Of a stretch of DNA of 64,000 bases, positions 48,731 through 62,190 are shown piece after piece (within the stretch, counting starts at the first letter, position 1; the number at the start of each line of letters is the position of its first letter). Below the pieces are notes generated by a model. It was not told where the DNA came from, ran no database searches, and was given only the letters and a program-made list of their open reading frames with translations. Origin of the DNA: Phoronis australis (Eukaryota > Animalia > Phoronida); contig NMRA01000506.1 of the NCBI GenBank assembly GCA_002633005.1, forward strand, positions 82,069 through 146,068, given 5' to 3'. A program made the translations under genes and the position numbers.

Positions 48731-51578
48731 CACTGTTACCAGGTATATGTAATAAAGGCCTTTGGCCCAAAGTACAATAAACAAAAATTAAACAGGAACA
48801 TTTGCACACAAAGTCAACCCATTTAAGAGCTGTTCTCTTCTTTTAAGGGCAGAATACACATATTTAATAACATGTTTTTACTTAGTTATAACATACTGTT
48901 TTGAACATATTTGGGTAAATACACAAACTTGTGAAAGGTCCTTTCATAACCTCTTCAAGTAACCTAAATACCAATCTGCGAAAACAACCACCCAAATAAG
49001 CGGCATAGAAATCGACCAACCAATTAGATCTCATTTATCAAAAAAGATGATGACATAATTTGAAATTTACAATAAGTTTGCTTGACTTCTAACGCACATG
49101 ACACTTATCAAATTCTATTAACGAAATTGGAAAAATAATTGCAGGCGTTCCCCTCATAATTCCTCAAACTTCTACAGCTACTTTTTCATTTAAAGTCCCT
49201 CTAAAAACATCCAAAAATGACCTTTTCATAAGACCTAAAGGACACAATGGGTCATTGTACTTTACTGCAGTCTGTACCACACTGTGCCAAGTCTTTACAT
49301 GGCTGAATGCTCTAGTACATTTACTGGTACTTGGTACCGGAGACTCGGAGACTCGTGCCAGTTACCTCGAATCACCTTTTAGCCTGTCATTCAACTCCAT
49401 ATGAACAATTAATAATAGCTTCACATAAAGAGCACCCCCATCCGTACCATAGTACCAGTTGTCGCGAACTCTTTGTAAGGGCAGGCAAGACTCTCAATAA
49501 CAACATCAGACATGTTCATCCATCACACAGTCAGAACTTACCCATCACTGACATCTGCATTTGATCAAAAATGCATAAAAAGTTTTTTTGTAAGTCAACA
49601 TGAAGCAACAGCATTTTCATTTGAAAACGAACTTCTGTTGTCCAAAAAATTAATTTCAACAGCTAAACTTAAAGTAGTGTGAAGAAACTGAAGAATGAAT
49701 TATTTTCATTTATGATTTCATGCAAAAGGGAAATTGTCATATTAGCACCAATACATTTTTAGCCAGTTTTTACCTTGACAATTGCCTGAAACAGTATACA
49801 CAATATGTGTAATTTGATATTCTGTGTTGCAGTAACTAAATTCTGGGCTATGAATTACTACCAGAAAGCAGTTATGTAAAAAGATGATTTACAACAATCT
49901 GGTTGAACAGTAGACATGAAATCTGGACCATGGATGACTCATCAGTAGGCTGTCAGGGATACCTTGAACGCTTTGCAAACACACATCAAATTGATCAATG
50001 ACCCATGGCTTCTAAGGTGACACCAATCCCAATTCAGGTAAGGAGAAACCCATTTTTAATAAACAAGGCCACCACCCAGGACAACTCAGAGGCTTAAAGA
50101 AACACTAAAACCCCAATACTACAAAGAGGAATTACCACCAACTTGGTGCAAATTTTTTAGATGACACACAAAGACTGTATCGATTTAGTAATATTTTATG
50201 TATGCAAGTAACAACATGTGGTAATATAATTTAAAGTTATTCCAAAATTAAAATTCAAAAAATGATTTATGAATCAACTGTTGATTTACCCTGTAAGTGA
50301 AGATGTCTTATTTAATTCACTAAATGTAAACATCCATTTGGTTCTAAAAAAATATTAATTGTCTTAGCCTGTGGTAGTTCAATAAGTACCATGCAGCAAC
50401 TTAAGCGCACAATAAAATTTCAGTATTTCTCATATTAACTGAAAAATTGTAGCCTACGTGTGGTTGTTAAAAATATGATTGGCTAATTTAGTCAAGTTTT
50501 CTTAAAAAAACTGCATACTCATGCATTTATGCTTTGTACTGAAACAACTTCCTTCTCTTCATATCTGTTTCGTATACAGATATTAATATCAAAATGTTAC
50601 AAAAGCGGAACCTGAAATAAACTCTGCGTCATTTTCATTGATTTTTGAAGGAAAGTTAAATTAGAAGAAACAAAGTATGATAAAAATACAATTTTGCAAG
50701 GGTTAAAAGCAACTGCTGTACATTAAACAGACTAATTTTATGATATACTGTGTTCAACTGTCTATTATAAACCAGAGGCAGATGGGATTAATGACTAGCT
50801 CTTTTAAAGTTCTTCCCTATTCATAAAATAATCACCAAATAATGAATCAAGGAATCAATTAACTCCTTTCTTGTTTAATTTTGTTTGAAATCTTTAATCA
50901 AACAACTTTTAATGAAAACCGATTTGGTAACATTTTACTCCAAATCACACTCCTTTGACAAGACAATCTAGAATTTCAATTTCGATTTAAATGACACTGC
51001 ACTTTAAATTTTAAGAATGTTTGTTAAAACCTTAAAACATGCAGGTTGGTAATCAACAATGGTTCTTATTTCATTGATACTCTTTTGAATGTTGCAACTC
51101 TTTCCCACTTCAACGTGGCCATGACTCACACTTACGTTTTATATTAAACAATGACATTATAAACAGTCTTACAATTCAAAAAAAATCAAGAATTGTCAAA
51201 CACCAAGTAAAATTAATAACAAAAAGTGTTATTTCTGAACTCACGTAAAACAAACTGATGAAACAATATAACTCAGTATTTTACAGAATAATTTTACAAG
51301 GGTCAATAATATCCACGATATTTTATTTCTACTCATATTCAGTTTTTGATAATAGCAATATGGCCGACGAGTAAATTTTATTTTATCAGTATATCTTAGA
51401 AAGTTATGCTGCAACAAACTAATGTTTTTCTACGTTCAAGTTCTTTACCATCGCTACTATGAGATAAAATTAAAAACGAATGACAAATTATTACAATGTT
51501 AGAAGCATTTGACATATTAAAAGAGAGCAGTTTTGGTAATTAGTTTTGCCAAAAATTCATGCGATTTTACCATTATTA

Positions 51579-54500
51579 CTTTTCAACCGATATTTCTTAA
51601 GTGCCATGTATCAGGGCTTGGAATGACCCACGACAAGAGGAAAGTTTTCAGAGTAATGTATCGTTCTAGGTTTATGTGATAGAAATATTTTTTGTGTTGT
51701 AAAATTTAACTGCAAGAAATGTTTTTGCGGGCACGAAGTCAAAATAATGATAAAAAGAGATGAAAAAAAAAAGAAAATCGGAAATGAAATAAAAGGAAAT
51801 TGAAACCAAAAAGAGAAAATCTTCTTAAAAAGGAAAATTCCAAGCCTTGGTGTATCACCTGTATTGACCTTTGTCCACAACTGTTTTGACCTTTGTCCAC
51901 AACTGTTTTTTCAAATAAGGCACTAATTCAATATTCACTCGATTCAAACACTATAACCTCAACATCAAAGCTAATAACCTTGGAAAATGGGTGAAGAACC
52001 TGAAGCTTCTTTAAAAAGGTGAAAACTTAATGTTCCACAATTTTTGTTGAATTTCTGCAATGATGCAGTCACAGCTCCATCTTAAGTTTGAATAAGGAAC
52101 CAGTCTAATGGCCTTCAGCCATGTTGCTGAACTACAAAATATTTTGGTCACCTACAGCAGTATACTACTGGTTATTAAGTTACGGTACCTCAAAATTGTG
52201 GAAAAACAGCAAGAAATAAATACCAAAAAATGGTATCTCCAACATCAAAAATCACAGAGAATGGGATTTTAGCAATTTTATTAAGTACGCGCTTTGAGCA
52301 ATAAGCGTAAGAATGAGCTAGTTCAGTGTCAAAACCCTTTTGTTATGTAGGATCACAGAAAAATGTCCAAATTTTGATAACTTCGGAACATCCTATCTCA
52401 GAACTGGCTGATTGGACTCATTTGAAACTTTCATACACTTTGCTTTATGAAATGTTCTCCAAAACACTATTGTTTTTAAAATGTCACACTTTTGCATGAG
52501 GGGCTAACAAAAATAGTACTGTTTGATTTTCATGAAAAAACTCAAGCTGTATAAAATGAAAATGAAATGCTTATTAAGAAAACTGTAACAGCATTTTTGA
52601 GATTTCATCTTGATCATTTATATCGAATAAAATTTACTCATCATTGTTTAGCTACAAATGTATTTTTCCTTTTTGCTGAATTTAACTAAAAAAACCAAGA
52701 TCACACGACCGTTTAATGACACAGACCAGTAAAAAGTCCAAAAATGAAAATGGCTTTCTACTTCTAGAAAATAAGAACTTTGATTGAATTTAAATCAATA
52801 GTTTTGTAGATATTTCGTAAAACACACAGACATGCTAAGACCCCACATAACCTGAATCTAAGAAGTTGGACGAAGAATAAATGCAATGAATAAATACAAT
52901 AAATACAATGATTTGCAAATAATGATGATTTTATTTCAAAAAGAACAATTGCAATTTTGACATTTTCAAGAGAGTGACACCAAATTAGGTTGGAAAATAT
53001 CAACGCGCACTCAACTCGTGCATTCTGTAAAACCGCTTGTATTGGGCCACTAGCCATTACCTTAAGTTCAAATTAGAAATTATATTATCTAAGTTTGAGA
53101 AGAACTGGCAGCTGATTATTGCAGGAAACCAGTCTCCTGAAGTGAGTTCATCATGGTACGTTACTTTCAGCTGCCACAGCAGCGTGAAAATCGGGTGAAT
53201 TCCAGGCATTTTAATGTAACAAATTTTAATTCAACTACATCACAAAAACAGCACCACGAGAAAACAAGTCCTCGCCCTGAAACTGCATAGGAAAACAAAC
53301 TTCATTCTACGCAGGGGAAAAACTAAGCTTTGTCCCCAGACAGCTTGAAAACTAAATTTCAACATGGGACTGTATGGCAAAACAAAGCTTTGTCTCGAGA
53401 CAGCTTAAAAACCTAAAACTGCAAGGGACTAACTAAGCTTTCTCCTGACACAGCATGAAACTAAACTTTGACCTGGGACTGCATGGAGGAAAACTAAACT
53501 TTGGCCCATTGACAGCTTGAAAAATTAAAGTTTACTCTGGTTCTATACAGGAAAAACTAAGCTTTAACCTTAGAAAGTTTGAAAACTAAACTTTGACCTA
53601 GAACTTCACCTCAAAATGTAGAGGAAAACAAAACATTCCAAGAGTAACAGGAAAATTTCACTCAAGATTGCAGGATTGGACATTTTATGCAGTTATCTGG
53701 TTTTGGTTAACAATAGCTAAGCTATGGAAACTCAGGTAGTCAATTCATTGTTACAAGACAAAAGACTGAGGATAGGACGTCCTCCGAGTCAAAATGACCA
53801 TTACCTTACTTGGAAATATATAATGATACTGTAAGAAAAAACTAAAATTGAACCTGATAACCCCAATACAGAACAGGTAAACTAAATTTAATACTAGCGC
53901 AGACGGAGAACAACACGCCTCGAATGCAAATGAGGTCCACTCACGACTCACGTATGCCGCAAAATGAACAGCGAGGATTTTGCCTCATGAAGCAGTGAGG
54001 CGAATGTCTCACTGTTCAATTTCTTTTACCTGGCGAGCGTTATTCATCTGAGCATGTNCTTTTCAACGTAGTGCGATATTTCTTAAGTGCCATGTATCAG
54101 GGCTTGGAATGACCCACGACAAGAGGAAAATTTTCCAAGTGATGTATCGTTCTACCCACGACAAGAGGAAAATTTTCCAAGTGATGTATCGTTCTAGGTT
54201 TATGTGATAGAAATATTTTTGTGTTGTAGAATTTAACTGCAAGAAATGTTTTTGGGGGCATAAAGTCAAAATAATGATAAAAAGAGATGAAAAAAAAAGA
54301 AAATCGGAAATGAAATAAAAGGAAAATGAAACCAAAAAGAGAAAATCTTAAAAAAAGGAAAATTCCAAGCCTTGATGTATCACCTGTATTGACCTTTGTC
54401 CACAACTGTTTTTTTAAATTAGGCACTAATTCAATATTCACTCGATTCAAACACTATAACCTCAACATCAAAGCTAATAACCTTGGAAAATGGGTGAAGT

Positions 54501-56551
54501 ATCTGAAGCTTATTAAAGGTGAAAACTTAATGTTCCACAATTTTTGTTGAATTTCTGCAATGATGCAGTCACAGCTCCATCTTAAGTTTGAATAAGGAAC
54601 CAGTCTAATGGCCTTCAGCCATGTTGCTGAACTACAAAATATTTTGGTCACCTACAGCAGTATACCACTGGATAGTAAGTTCCGGTATCTCAAAGTTGTG
54701 GAAAAACAGCAAGAAATAAATACCAAAAAATGGTATCTCCAACATCAAAAATCACAGATAATGGGATTTTAGCAACTTTATTAAGTGCGCGCTGTGAATA
54801 ATAAGCGTAAGAATGAGCTAGTTCAGTGTCAAAACCCTTTGGTTATGTAGGATCACAGAAAAATGTCCAAATTTTGATAACTTCGGAACATCCTATCTCA
54901 GAACTGGCTGATTGGACTCATTTGAAACTTTCATACACTTTGCTTTATGAAATGTTATCCAAATCACTGTTGTTTTTAAAATGTTACACTTTTGCATGAG
55001 GGGCTAACAAAAATAGTACTGTTTATGATTTTCATGAAAAAACTCAAGTTGTATAAAATGAAAATGAAATGCTTATTAAGAAAACTGAACAGCATTTTTG
55101 AGATTTCATTTTGATCATTTACATCGAATAAAATTTGCTCATTGTTTTGCTACAAATGTATTTTTCCCTTTTGCTGAATTTAAGTAAAAAAAAAGATCAC
55201 GAGACTGTTTAATGACACAGACCGGTAAAAAGTCCAAAAATAAAAATGGCTTTCTACTTCTAGAAAATAAAAACTTTGATTGAATTTAAATCAATAGTTT
55301 TGTAAATATTTCGTTAAACACAGACATGCTAAGACCCCACATAACCTGAATCTAAGAAGTTGGACTAAGAATAAATGCAATGAATAAATACAATAAATAT
55401 AATGATTTGCAAATAACGATGATTTTATTTCAAAAAGAACAATTGCAATTTCGACATTTTCAAGAGAGTGACACCAAATTAAGTTGGAAAATATCAACGC
55501 GCACTCAACTTGTGCGTTCTGTAAAAACACTTGTATTGGGCCACTAGCCATTACCTTAAGTTCAAATTAGAAATTATATTATCTAAGTTTGAGAAGAACT
55601 GGCAGCTGATTATTGCAGGAAACCAGTCTCCTGAAGTGAGTTCATCATGGTACGTTACTTTCAGCTGCCACAGCAGCGTGAAAATCGGGTGAATTCCAGG
55701 CATTTTAATGTAACAAATTTTAATTCAACTACATCACAAAAACAGCACCACGAGAAAACAAGTCCTCGCCCTGAAACTGCATAGGAAAACAAACTTCATT
55801 CTACGCAGGGGAAAAACTAAGCTTTGTCCCCAGACAGCTTGAAAACTAAATTTCAACATGGGACTGTATGGCAAAACAAAGCTTTGTCTCGAGACAGCTT
55901 AAAAACCTAAAACTGCAAGGGACTAACTAAGCTTTCTCCTGACACAGCATGAAACTAAACTTTGACCTGGGACTGCATGGAGGAAAACTAAACTTTGGCC
56001 CATTGACAGCTTGAAAAATTAAAGTTTACTCTGGTTCTATACAGGAAAAACTAAGCTTTAACCTTAGAAAGTTTGAAAACTAAACTTTGACCTAGAACTT
56101 CACCTCAAAATGTAGAGGAAAACAAAACATTCCAAGAGTAACAGGAAAATTTCACTCAAGATTGCAGGATTGGACATTTTATGCAGTTATCTGGTTTTGG
56201 TTAACAATAGCTAAGCTATGGAAACTCAGGTAGTCAATTCATTGTTACAAGACAAAAGACTGAGGATAGGACGTCCTCCGAGTCAAAATGACCATTACCT
56301 TACTTGGAAATATATAATGATACTGTAAGAAAAAACTAAAATTGAACCTGATAACCCCAATACAGAACAGGTAAACTAAATTTAATACTAGCGCAGACGG
56401 AGAACAACACGCCTCGAATGCAAATGAGGTCCACTCACGACTCACGTATGCCGCAAAATGAACAGCGAGGATTTTGCCTCATGAAGCAGTGAGGCGAATG
56501 TCTCACTGTTCAATTTCTTTTACCTGGCGAGCGTTATTCATCTGAGCATGT
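51579..56551 (+). repeat. 2.5-kb tandem duplication (51579-54057 / 54059-56551) joined by a single N
   Basis: Duplicated ORF-track peptides (MSREWTSF..., MASGPIQ...). The distal ~1 kb appears identical; the proximal part differs by SNPs and indels. N at 54058. Confidence 0.95.
53270..53610 (+). repeat. degenerate ~58-bp tandem repeat (duplicated at ~55765-56105, remnant at ~56785-56865)
   Basis: Recurrent aaaactaagctttgtc...gacagcttgaaaactaaactttgacctgggactgcat motifs. Confidence 0.75.
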
Positions 56552-59500
56552 GGGCGAGGTTAGCTCAAGCCAATGAAAATAAATTATTGCAACACACGAC
56601 AGCAAGAAATCTCTTCCGCCGGCTGACATGTATAACAGCTACACTGTTTACTGCGAAAGTAATAGGTGAGTGAGCATTTTGCTCACTGTGTGCGAGTAAA
56701 CCATAGAGCTATGAGCTGAGCAGGTTTGTTTGAGCATGACACATCAGCTTACAGCTATTTGTCTGCATTGGCCGTAACATTGCACAGGTAAACTAAACTT
56801 TATCTTGGGACTACTTAGGAAAAGATGAACTTCAAAATGAAGCGCTTAGAACACTATCCTAGAACTTAGCAAACACCCCCCCCCCCTCGCAACAGTAGTG
56901 GAAACACCAGAGTTAAGTCAACTACAATGACTCTCCTATGTTTGGACAGCACCTTTTAAGTGGTCCACTGGGGACATAAGGTGTGTTACACCAAACTTCA
57001 TAACTCCTATTGTTATGTTCACCAAGAGTACAAGCAACCCAAGGTCAGGGATTACATAACATAGCAGTTGGCTGCAGTCACTCCTTAACCTGATGAGCAA
57101 AAGGAATTAGAGAATTTTTTCATATAGGGGTACAAATGAAAACCTTCATTTGAATTAAAAAACAATAGCCAGAAAATGTCCATGAAATGCTCTTAGCACA
57201 CCTACGGAAAAATACACATTAATTCCGTTATGCAAAGTCCCCTAAGTACAGTTGTTTCAGTTTAGGCACCCAACAAATTTCGTTTTACTCGGACATAATT
57301 CCTCGGTGCGGAATGGATCCGATTTAAGCGAGTTTTACTGCATGTGAATGACGTTAAATAAAACAACCTGCAAAAATGTCCGTATGATATTTGCCATGAA
57401 CTTTCATCCCAGAAATTAGTCCATAAGTACATCAGATAGACAAACGATGATATTGGCATGACCGCCACGGAACACTACATAATTCTGTAACTTACCATTT
57501 GGATTTTTTGATACTCTTTGCTGGATCTAAATCGGCCACGAAACGCTTTCGTTTCAATGCGATGACGTAAGCAGGCATTGTTCCAAACCAGACGTCCTCA
57601 CAGTGTTTTTGTTCACTTTTGCACCTTCTCAACGAACGTAAACAAAACCAATAAAAATGCAGAACTACAGAATTTATCACTCATATGTTGATGTCCTTCC
57701 TGAAACGCCTGTTCACAGCACAAATAGGTTGGTGCACACCATCATCCAATGTGAGCCAAATATATACCTGAGTCCACCATAAACAATAGACAATTACTCC
57801 AAAGGTGGATTAGTATAAACCATCAAAAATTGGTCAACGCTGCAGCAAAAACAGAGAGAGAAAAGTTGGTCCATCACACAGCCAAGATATAATTTGCCGC
57901 ACAAAAACAGGATGTTATTATCCTTGGAGAAATATTTTAGCATAAAGCCGTTCCATGTACGAGTTGCCACTGTGCCCTGGTACTAGCTAGTGGTGACCAT
58001 CTCTGCCTGGTACGAAGTAAACCTGCATATACGGACCAGTCCAATAGCCAGACTGACAGGGGACACAGGTTGTTAGAGTCATTAACATCAAAAGCCTGTA
58101 GTGACATTCTGGCCATCTGGCAACACTCTGTAGTAGCCAGCAATGGTTTACAATATACCCAAGTGGAAATATCCTTTTGGAGGAAGAATTTATGAGAAAG
58201 ATGTGCAAAACATGTGTTCCAGACACAGACCAATCTGACCACCCCCTGACAGTATAATGGATATAAATGGACCAAAGTACACACAATATCTCTTGTTCAT
58301 TATATCTTTTCATCCTGAATACAGTGATGTCAGGAACAGGTCCTTGAATAGGGAACAGATTCTAGTGGATTTGGAAGTGGGGTATTCAAGATAAATGTAT
58401 TAGACAGCTCAAATTTGATTTACATTACCAAGTCTACAAGCTGAGATCAGGTTCTTCTTTAAGTGGTATTAGAAATCAGGTCACTGGAGTGTGAAGGTCA
58501 ACTCGTGGTCACTAGCCTTGGATAGTCAAAATAAAGAGGGTCAGTGGTACTTCAACTTAACATGAAATAGATGAAGTAAATCTTAGCTGGGAGTAATATT
58601 TGATATTGGTCCTAGATCTTAGTAAGAGAAAAAACTGAACATAGCCAACATGAAACTTCCGGACTGGCATATTTGACCTAATACTAACCATACACGGAGA
58701 TTATTTACCATCAAAATACTGTATAATTCAGATGTATGACAACTGAGTTTTTGACAGTTATCAATTTGTTAACAATTGCTATGTTTCCTCATCTTCATTC
58801 TAACTCCTTGACTATGATTGGTTGTTTAATTTATAATAAACTTTAATTTGAGAAATGCCTAGTTTTCAGTGTTAGCAATATTAAAACTGACATATTTCAC
58901 AACAATTTTTTGATTACACGTAAAATTAACAATGATTTTACTATGTACTAAGACAGTACGAATTACACAACTCTTAGAAATTAAATCACCCTATTTCAGC
59001 CTTTTTAAGAAGACTTCTCGAAATAAAATTTTTGCGAAGAAAGTCACGCTTAGTTGACTCTTCCAATGAATTTCAATTTCTGTGTTCACTAATTAACCAA
59101 GTGCAGTAGCGAGTTAAAACTAAAAGTAACCGTCATAACTAACTGCATCAGCCCTCTGGTAACATTATCAGACTGCTTAAGACACATTCAGTTAATTAGT
59201 ATGAACTGATTCACAGTAGATTAAACAGTGGTCTCTTTAAAAGGTGGAACATTATAGTGTCATAAAGTATTTCCATATATTTACTGTAATCAAAACTTCA
59301 CAATTAACAAAGCTATATTAAATTTATTAATGCAAAATGCAAGGTACTGCAGTCACCAGGTGTTGAGACTGTCTCAACCATGAATTGGCTCACTTTGAAC
59401 TGCCAATCATCATATCGTGAGTCCACACAGAATTAATCCGGCTCAAGAAAAGGAGAAAAGGAAGTTGCCAACGGAAGCGCTGTTATGAAAAGCAGAAATG

Positions 59501-59973
59501 GTCGCTTGGCATCGCAGTGCCCGATATTATAAGATAACGTTGTGCTTCATGCGTCGGAATATACCGCATAACTAACCAAATCTAAGTAAGGTAATACGTG
59601 TAGGTGTTGGTTTACAAATTAAATGACTGCTAGAAAACAATAGCATGTCATTAGGTTAAGTTCAGAAGAGGAATACACTGAAAACTTTTGACGTCATTAT
59701 TTCACTCTCCTGAGGAGACATATGTGAGATTAGCACAGGTGGTGTAGCATACCCAGTCAAATCAACACCCTACTGTTGGAGACAATGTCAAGGCTAAGAA
59801 ATCGAACAATAGAACCAATCAAAGGGACAAAGGAGTATTGATTAACCACCTGGTTATTTGGTGCAGAGGCAATAAAAACAATAAAGATTATGTAATCAGA
59901 CTTCTTAATGTAGACAGTACTGGTCAAGGTTAATTATTAGGAGGTAACTGGTTAAAATCTGCCTTCAACCAAA

Positions 59974-60412
59974 AGCCGCTTTCACACGAAAAACAGTTGT
60001 CAACGTGTCAGTTGTCACGGCGAGACTCGCTCCACTTTAGTCGCATTTACAAACAACATTAGATCGCAAACTGAATCAGCATGAGTCACTTCCACGAAGA
60101 TTGTCTGCGCATACTCGCATAAACAATAGCGAATGTCCAAATGACATGGAATGCAAGCGGATCACCCGTATATACACTTGCGCATTGAAAGATGATCCCT
60201 TTCCATCCTGCCCCAGTTGTGTTTAGACGTGTACTGCTGAAACTAGAGCAACTGATTGAGTGCAACTCGCTCTACCACTCAAACCGGTGTCAAAAATGGT
60301 TGCCGCGGTGTCAACTTGTTCCGTGTTGTGATTTACACACAGACATACATCCGACCAGCTGCCGTTCCGTGTTAGTTGATCTGTGTCAAGTGTCTCTTGT
60401 GTAAAAACGACT
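59974..60412. mobile_element. MITE
   Basis: Imperfect 22-bp TIR: agccgctttcacacgaaaaaca versus tgtctcttgtgtaaaaacgact. CpG-rich interior. Confidence 0.55.
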
Positions 60413-60719
60413 AAAAGGTGGTCGGCTGGTGATGGTTAATTACTAGGATGTAAATGGTTAAAACCTGTCTTCCATCATAGAAAACAACTTTTGATCAATA
60501 TCACATCAAGAATTTGGTTTCAATTTGTCCCTCAGTTATATTGGCCATGTTTTCAGCCTATTGAAAGACATGCTTGCCCACCAGTGTTAAGACAAGCCTC
60601 CTTGACAACATAAAAGTTGGCTTGTTTTCTATCAACTGTCATATCAAAAGGAGGACACCAAAAACAGACTAAAAAATAACCCAAAAGCAACACAAAAATA
60701 CACTTCCGAATGCAACGCA

Positions 60720-61900
60720 AACGGTGTGCTTCTAGGGGTGTTTATTTGTATCATAAAAATGGCAATTAGATGGCGCAGAATACATTGAACCCATCCAAAA
60801 ATGGGAAGGTGTCGTCGTCGTCTCTCAAAATAATTTGCCAAATTTAATGACAAGAGCAATGCAGAGTGTTGAAATGCACCCACAAATGCACCACAAATGG
60901 TGTACTTCTAGTGGTGTTTATTTGTATTCTATAACTGGCCACTAGATGGTGCAAAATATGTCGAATCCATCCAAAAACGGGAACATATCGTTTTTTATTA
61001 GAAAGCTATTTATCATATTTCATAAAAATCCATCAAGGAACTTCAGAAAAACAGGGGAAAACGGAAAAAATGAAATTGCTACTGGGGGGCACAGCATTCA
61101 TCGGATTTGTCTTAAAGTGATCGTCGTCCATTGTCAACTCCATATAAATACACTTGCTAAATTTCATAAGGATCCTGCAGTGGGTTTTGAAGATACAGCT
61201 ATGGGCACAAAAAAAAAAACTGCCACTAGGAAGCACCACAGTAGTCAAAGTCATCGGAAAATCATCAATCGTCCTCTTCATACACATATGCCATTTTTCA
61301 CAATAATCCTGGGAGTTTTTTGGTTGATAGAGGGATGGACACTAAAAACTCGAAAACAGTAAAAATGGCCACTAGGTGGTGCAAAATACCTTGAATCCAC
61401 CCGAAAACGGGAGAATAAGCGTCACCTCACTAATAGATGCCTATGTGCAAAATTTCATGAAAATCTGTTGACCTTTGAAGATACAGATGAAAATGTAAAC
61501 AACTAAAATTGCTACTAGAGGGCACACAGTCGTCAGCTTCATAGGAACACATCTGCCAAATCTTATCAAGATCCTACAAGGGGTTTAGGAGATACAGCTA
61601 CGGATGCCAGACATCCAGATTAAGATGACCGCAATATAAATATGTGGGCGCATAAAAAGTGACCACTAGGTGGCGAAAAAATTCCCCATACCAGTCCAGA
61701 AATGGGAAGGCTTCACTGTCTCCTTAATAGGCACCTGCTTGCCAAATTTCATGAAAATACATAAAGGAATTCTGAAGATACAGAAACAAACATAAAAAAA
61801 TAAAACGGGAACAGTAGGAGGCGAAGCGGTGGCGGATCATTCCAAAACTGATCGTAGCCTGCCGTCAGCTTCATATGAACCCATATGCCAAATCTCATTG
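60720..61900 (+). repeat. degenerate ~145-bp satellite-like tandem array with a CTCF-like motif per unit
   Basis: CCACTAG(A/G)TGG-type cores at 60763, 60939, 61079, 61223, 61369, 61512, 61663 and 61811, each followed by aaatttcat(g)aaaatc and gaagatacag blocks. Confidence 0.8.
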
Positions 61901-62054
61901 TAACGTATTTACAGCACTTCACCATTCAAGTGCACCAGATTCATTACTCTACTTCACCAGTGTTTGTTGTGTTTACCACAGATGTAGGGCATTTAACACC
62001 ATCAGCACTCTATATTTTCGTAATTGCAAAGCAGCAAGGCAACAACTGACCTAT

Positions 62055-62190
62055 CACAAGCTCCGCCCCCTTGAGAAATGTCGACAAACAACCAATAAGT
62101 TTCACCCAGCAATGTGTTGTTTGTCGGGTAAAATGGCGGCTTGGAAACGAAAGTGTGTCAAGAATGCTGCTTTCTGATTGGTCAGTTAAG
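62055..62190. promoter_or_regulatory. candidate promoter-like cluster
   Basis: GC box CCGCCC (~62063), CCAAT (~62092), YY1-type AAAATGGCGGC (~62130) and ATTGG (~62177), within 130 bp of CpG-retaining DNA. Confidence 0.35.

Noticed and set aside
52764-56445. Duplicated ORFs (MASGPIQ..., MSREWTSF...) as a paralogous gene pair
   Set aside because: They simply reflect the 2.5-kb duplication; one pair differs by a frameshift and neither has protein-like features.
56515-56560. ttacctggc resembling the U1 snRNA 5' end
   Set aside because: The downstream sequence does not match U1; it is better read as a - strand splice donor.
60946-61362. 138-aa ORF
   Set aside because: It lies wholly within the satellite-like repeat array and shows no domain similarity.
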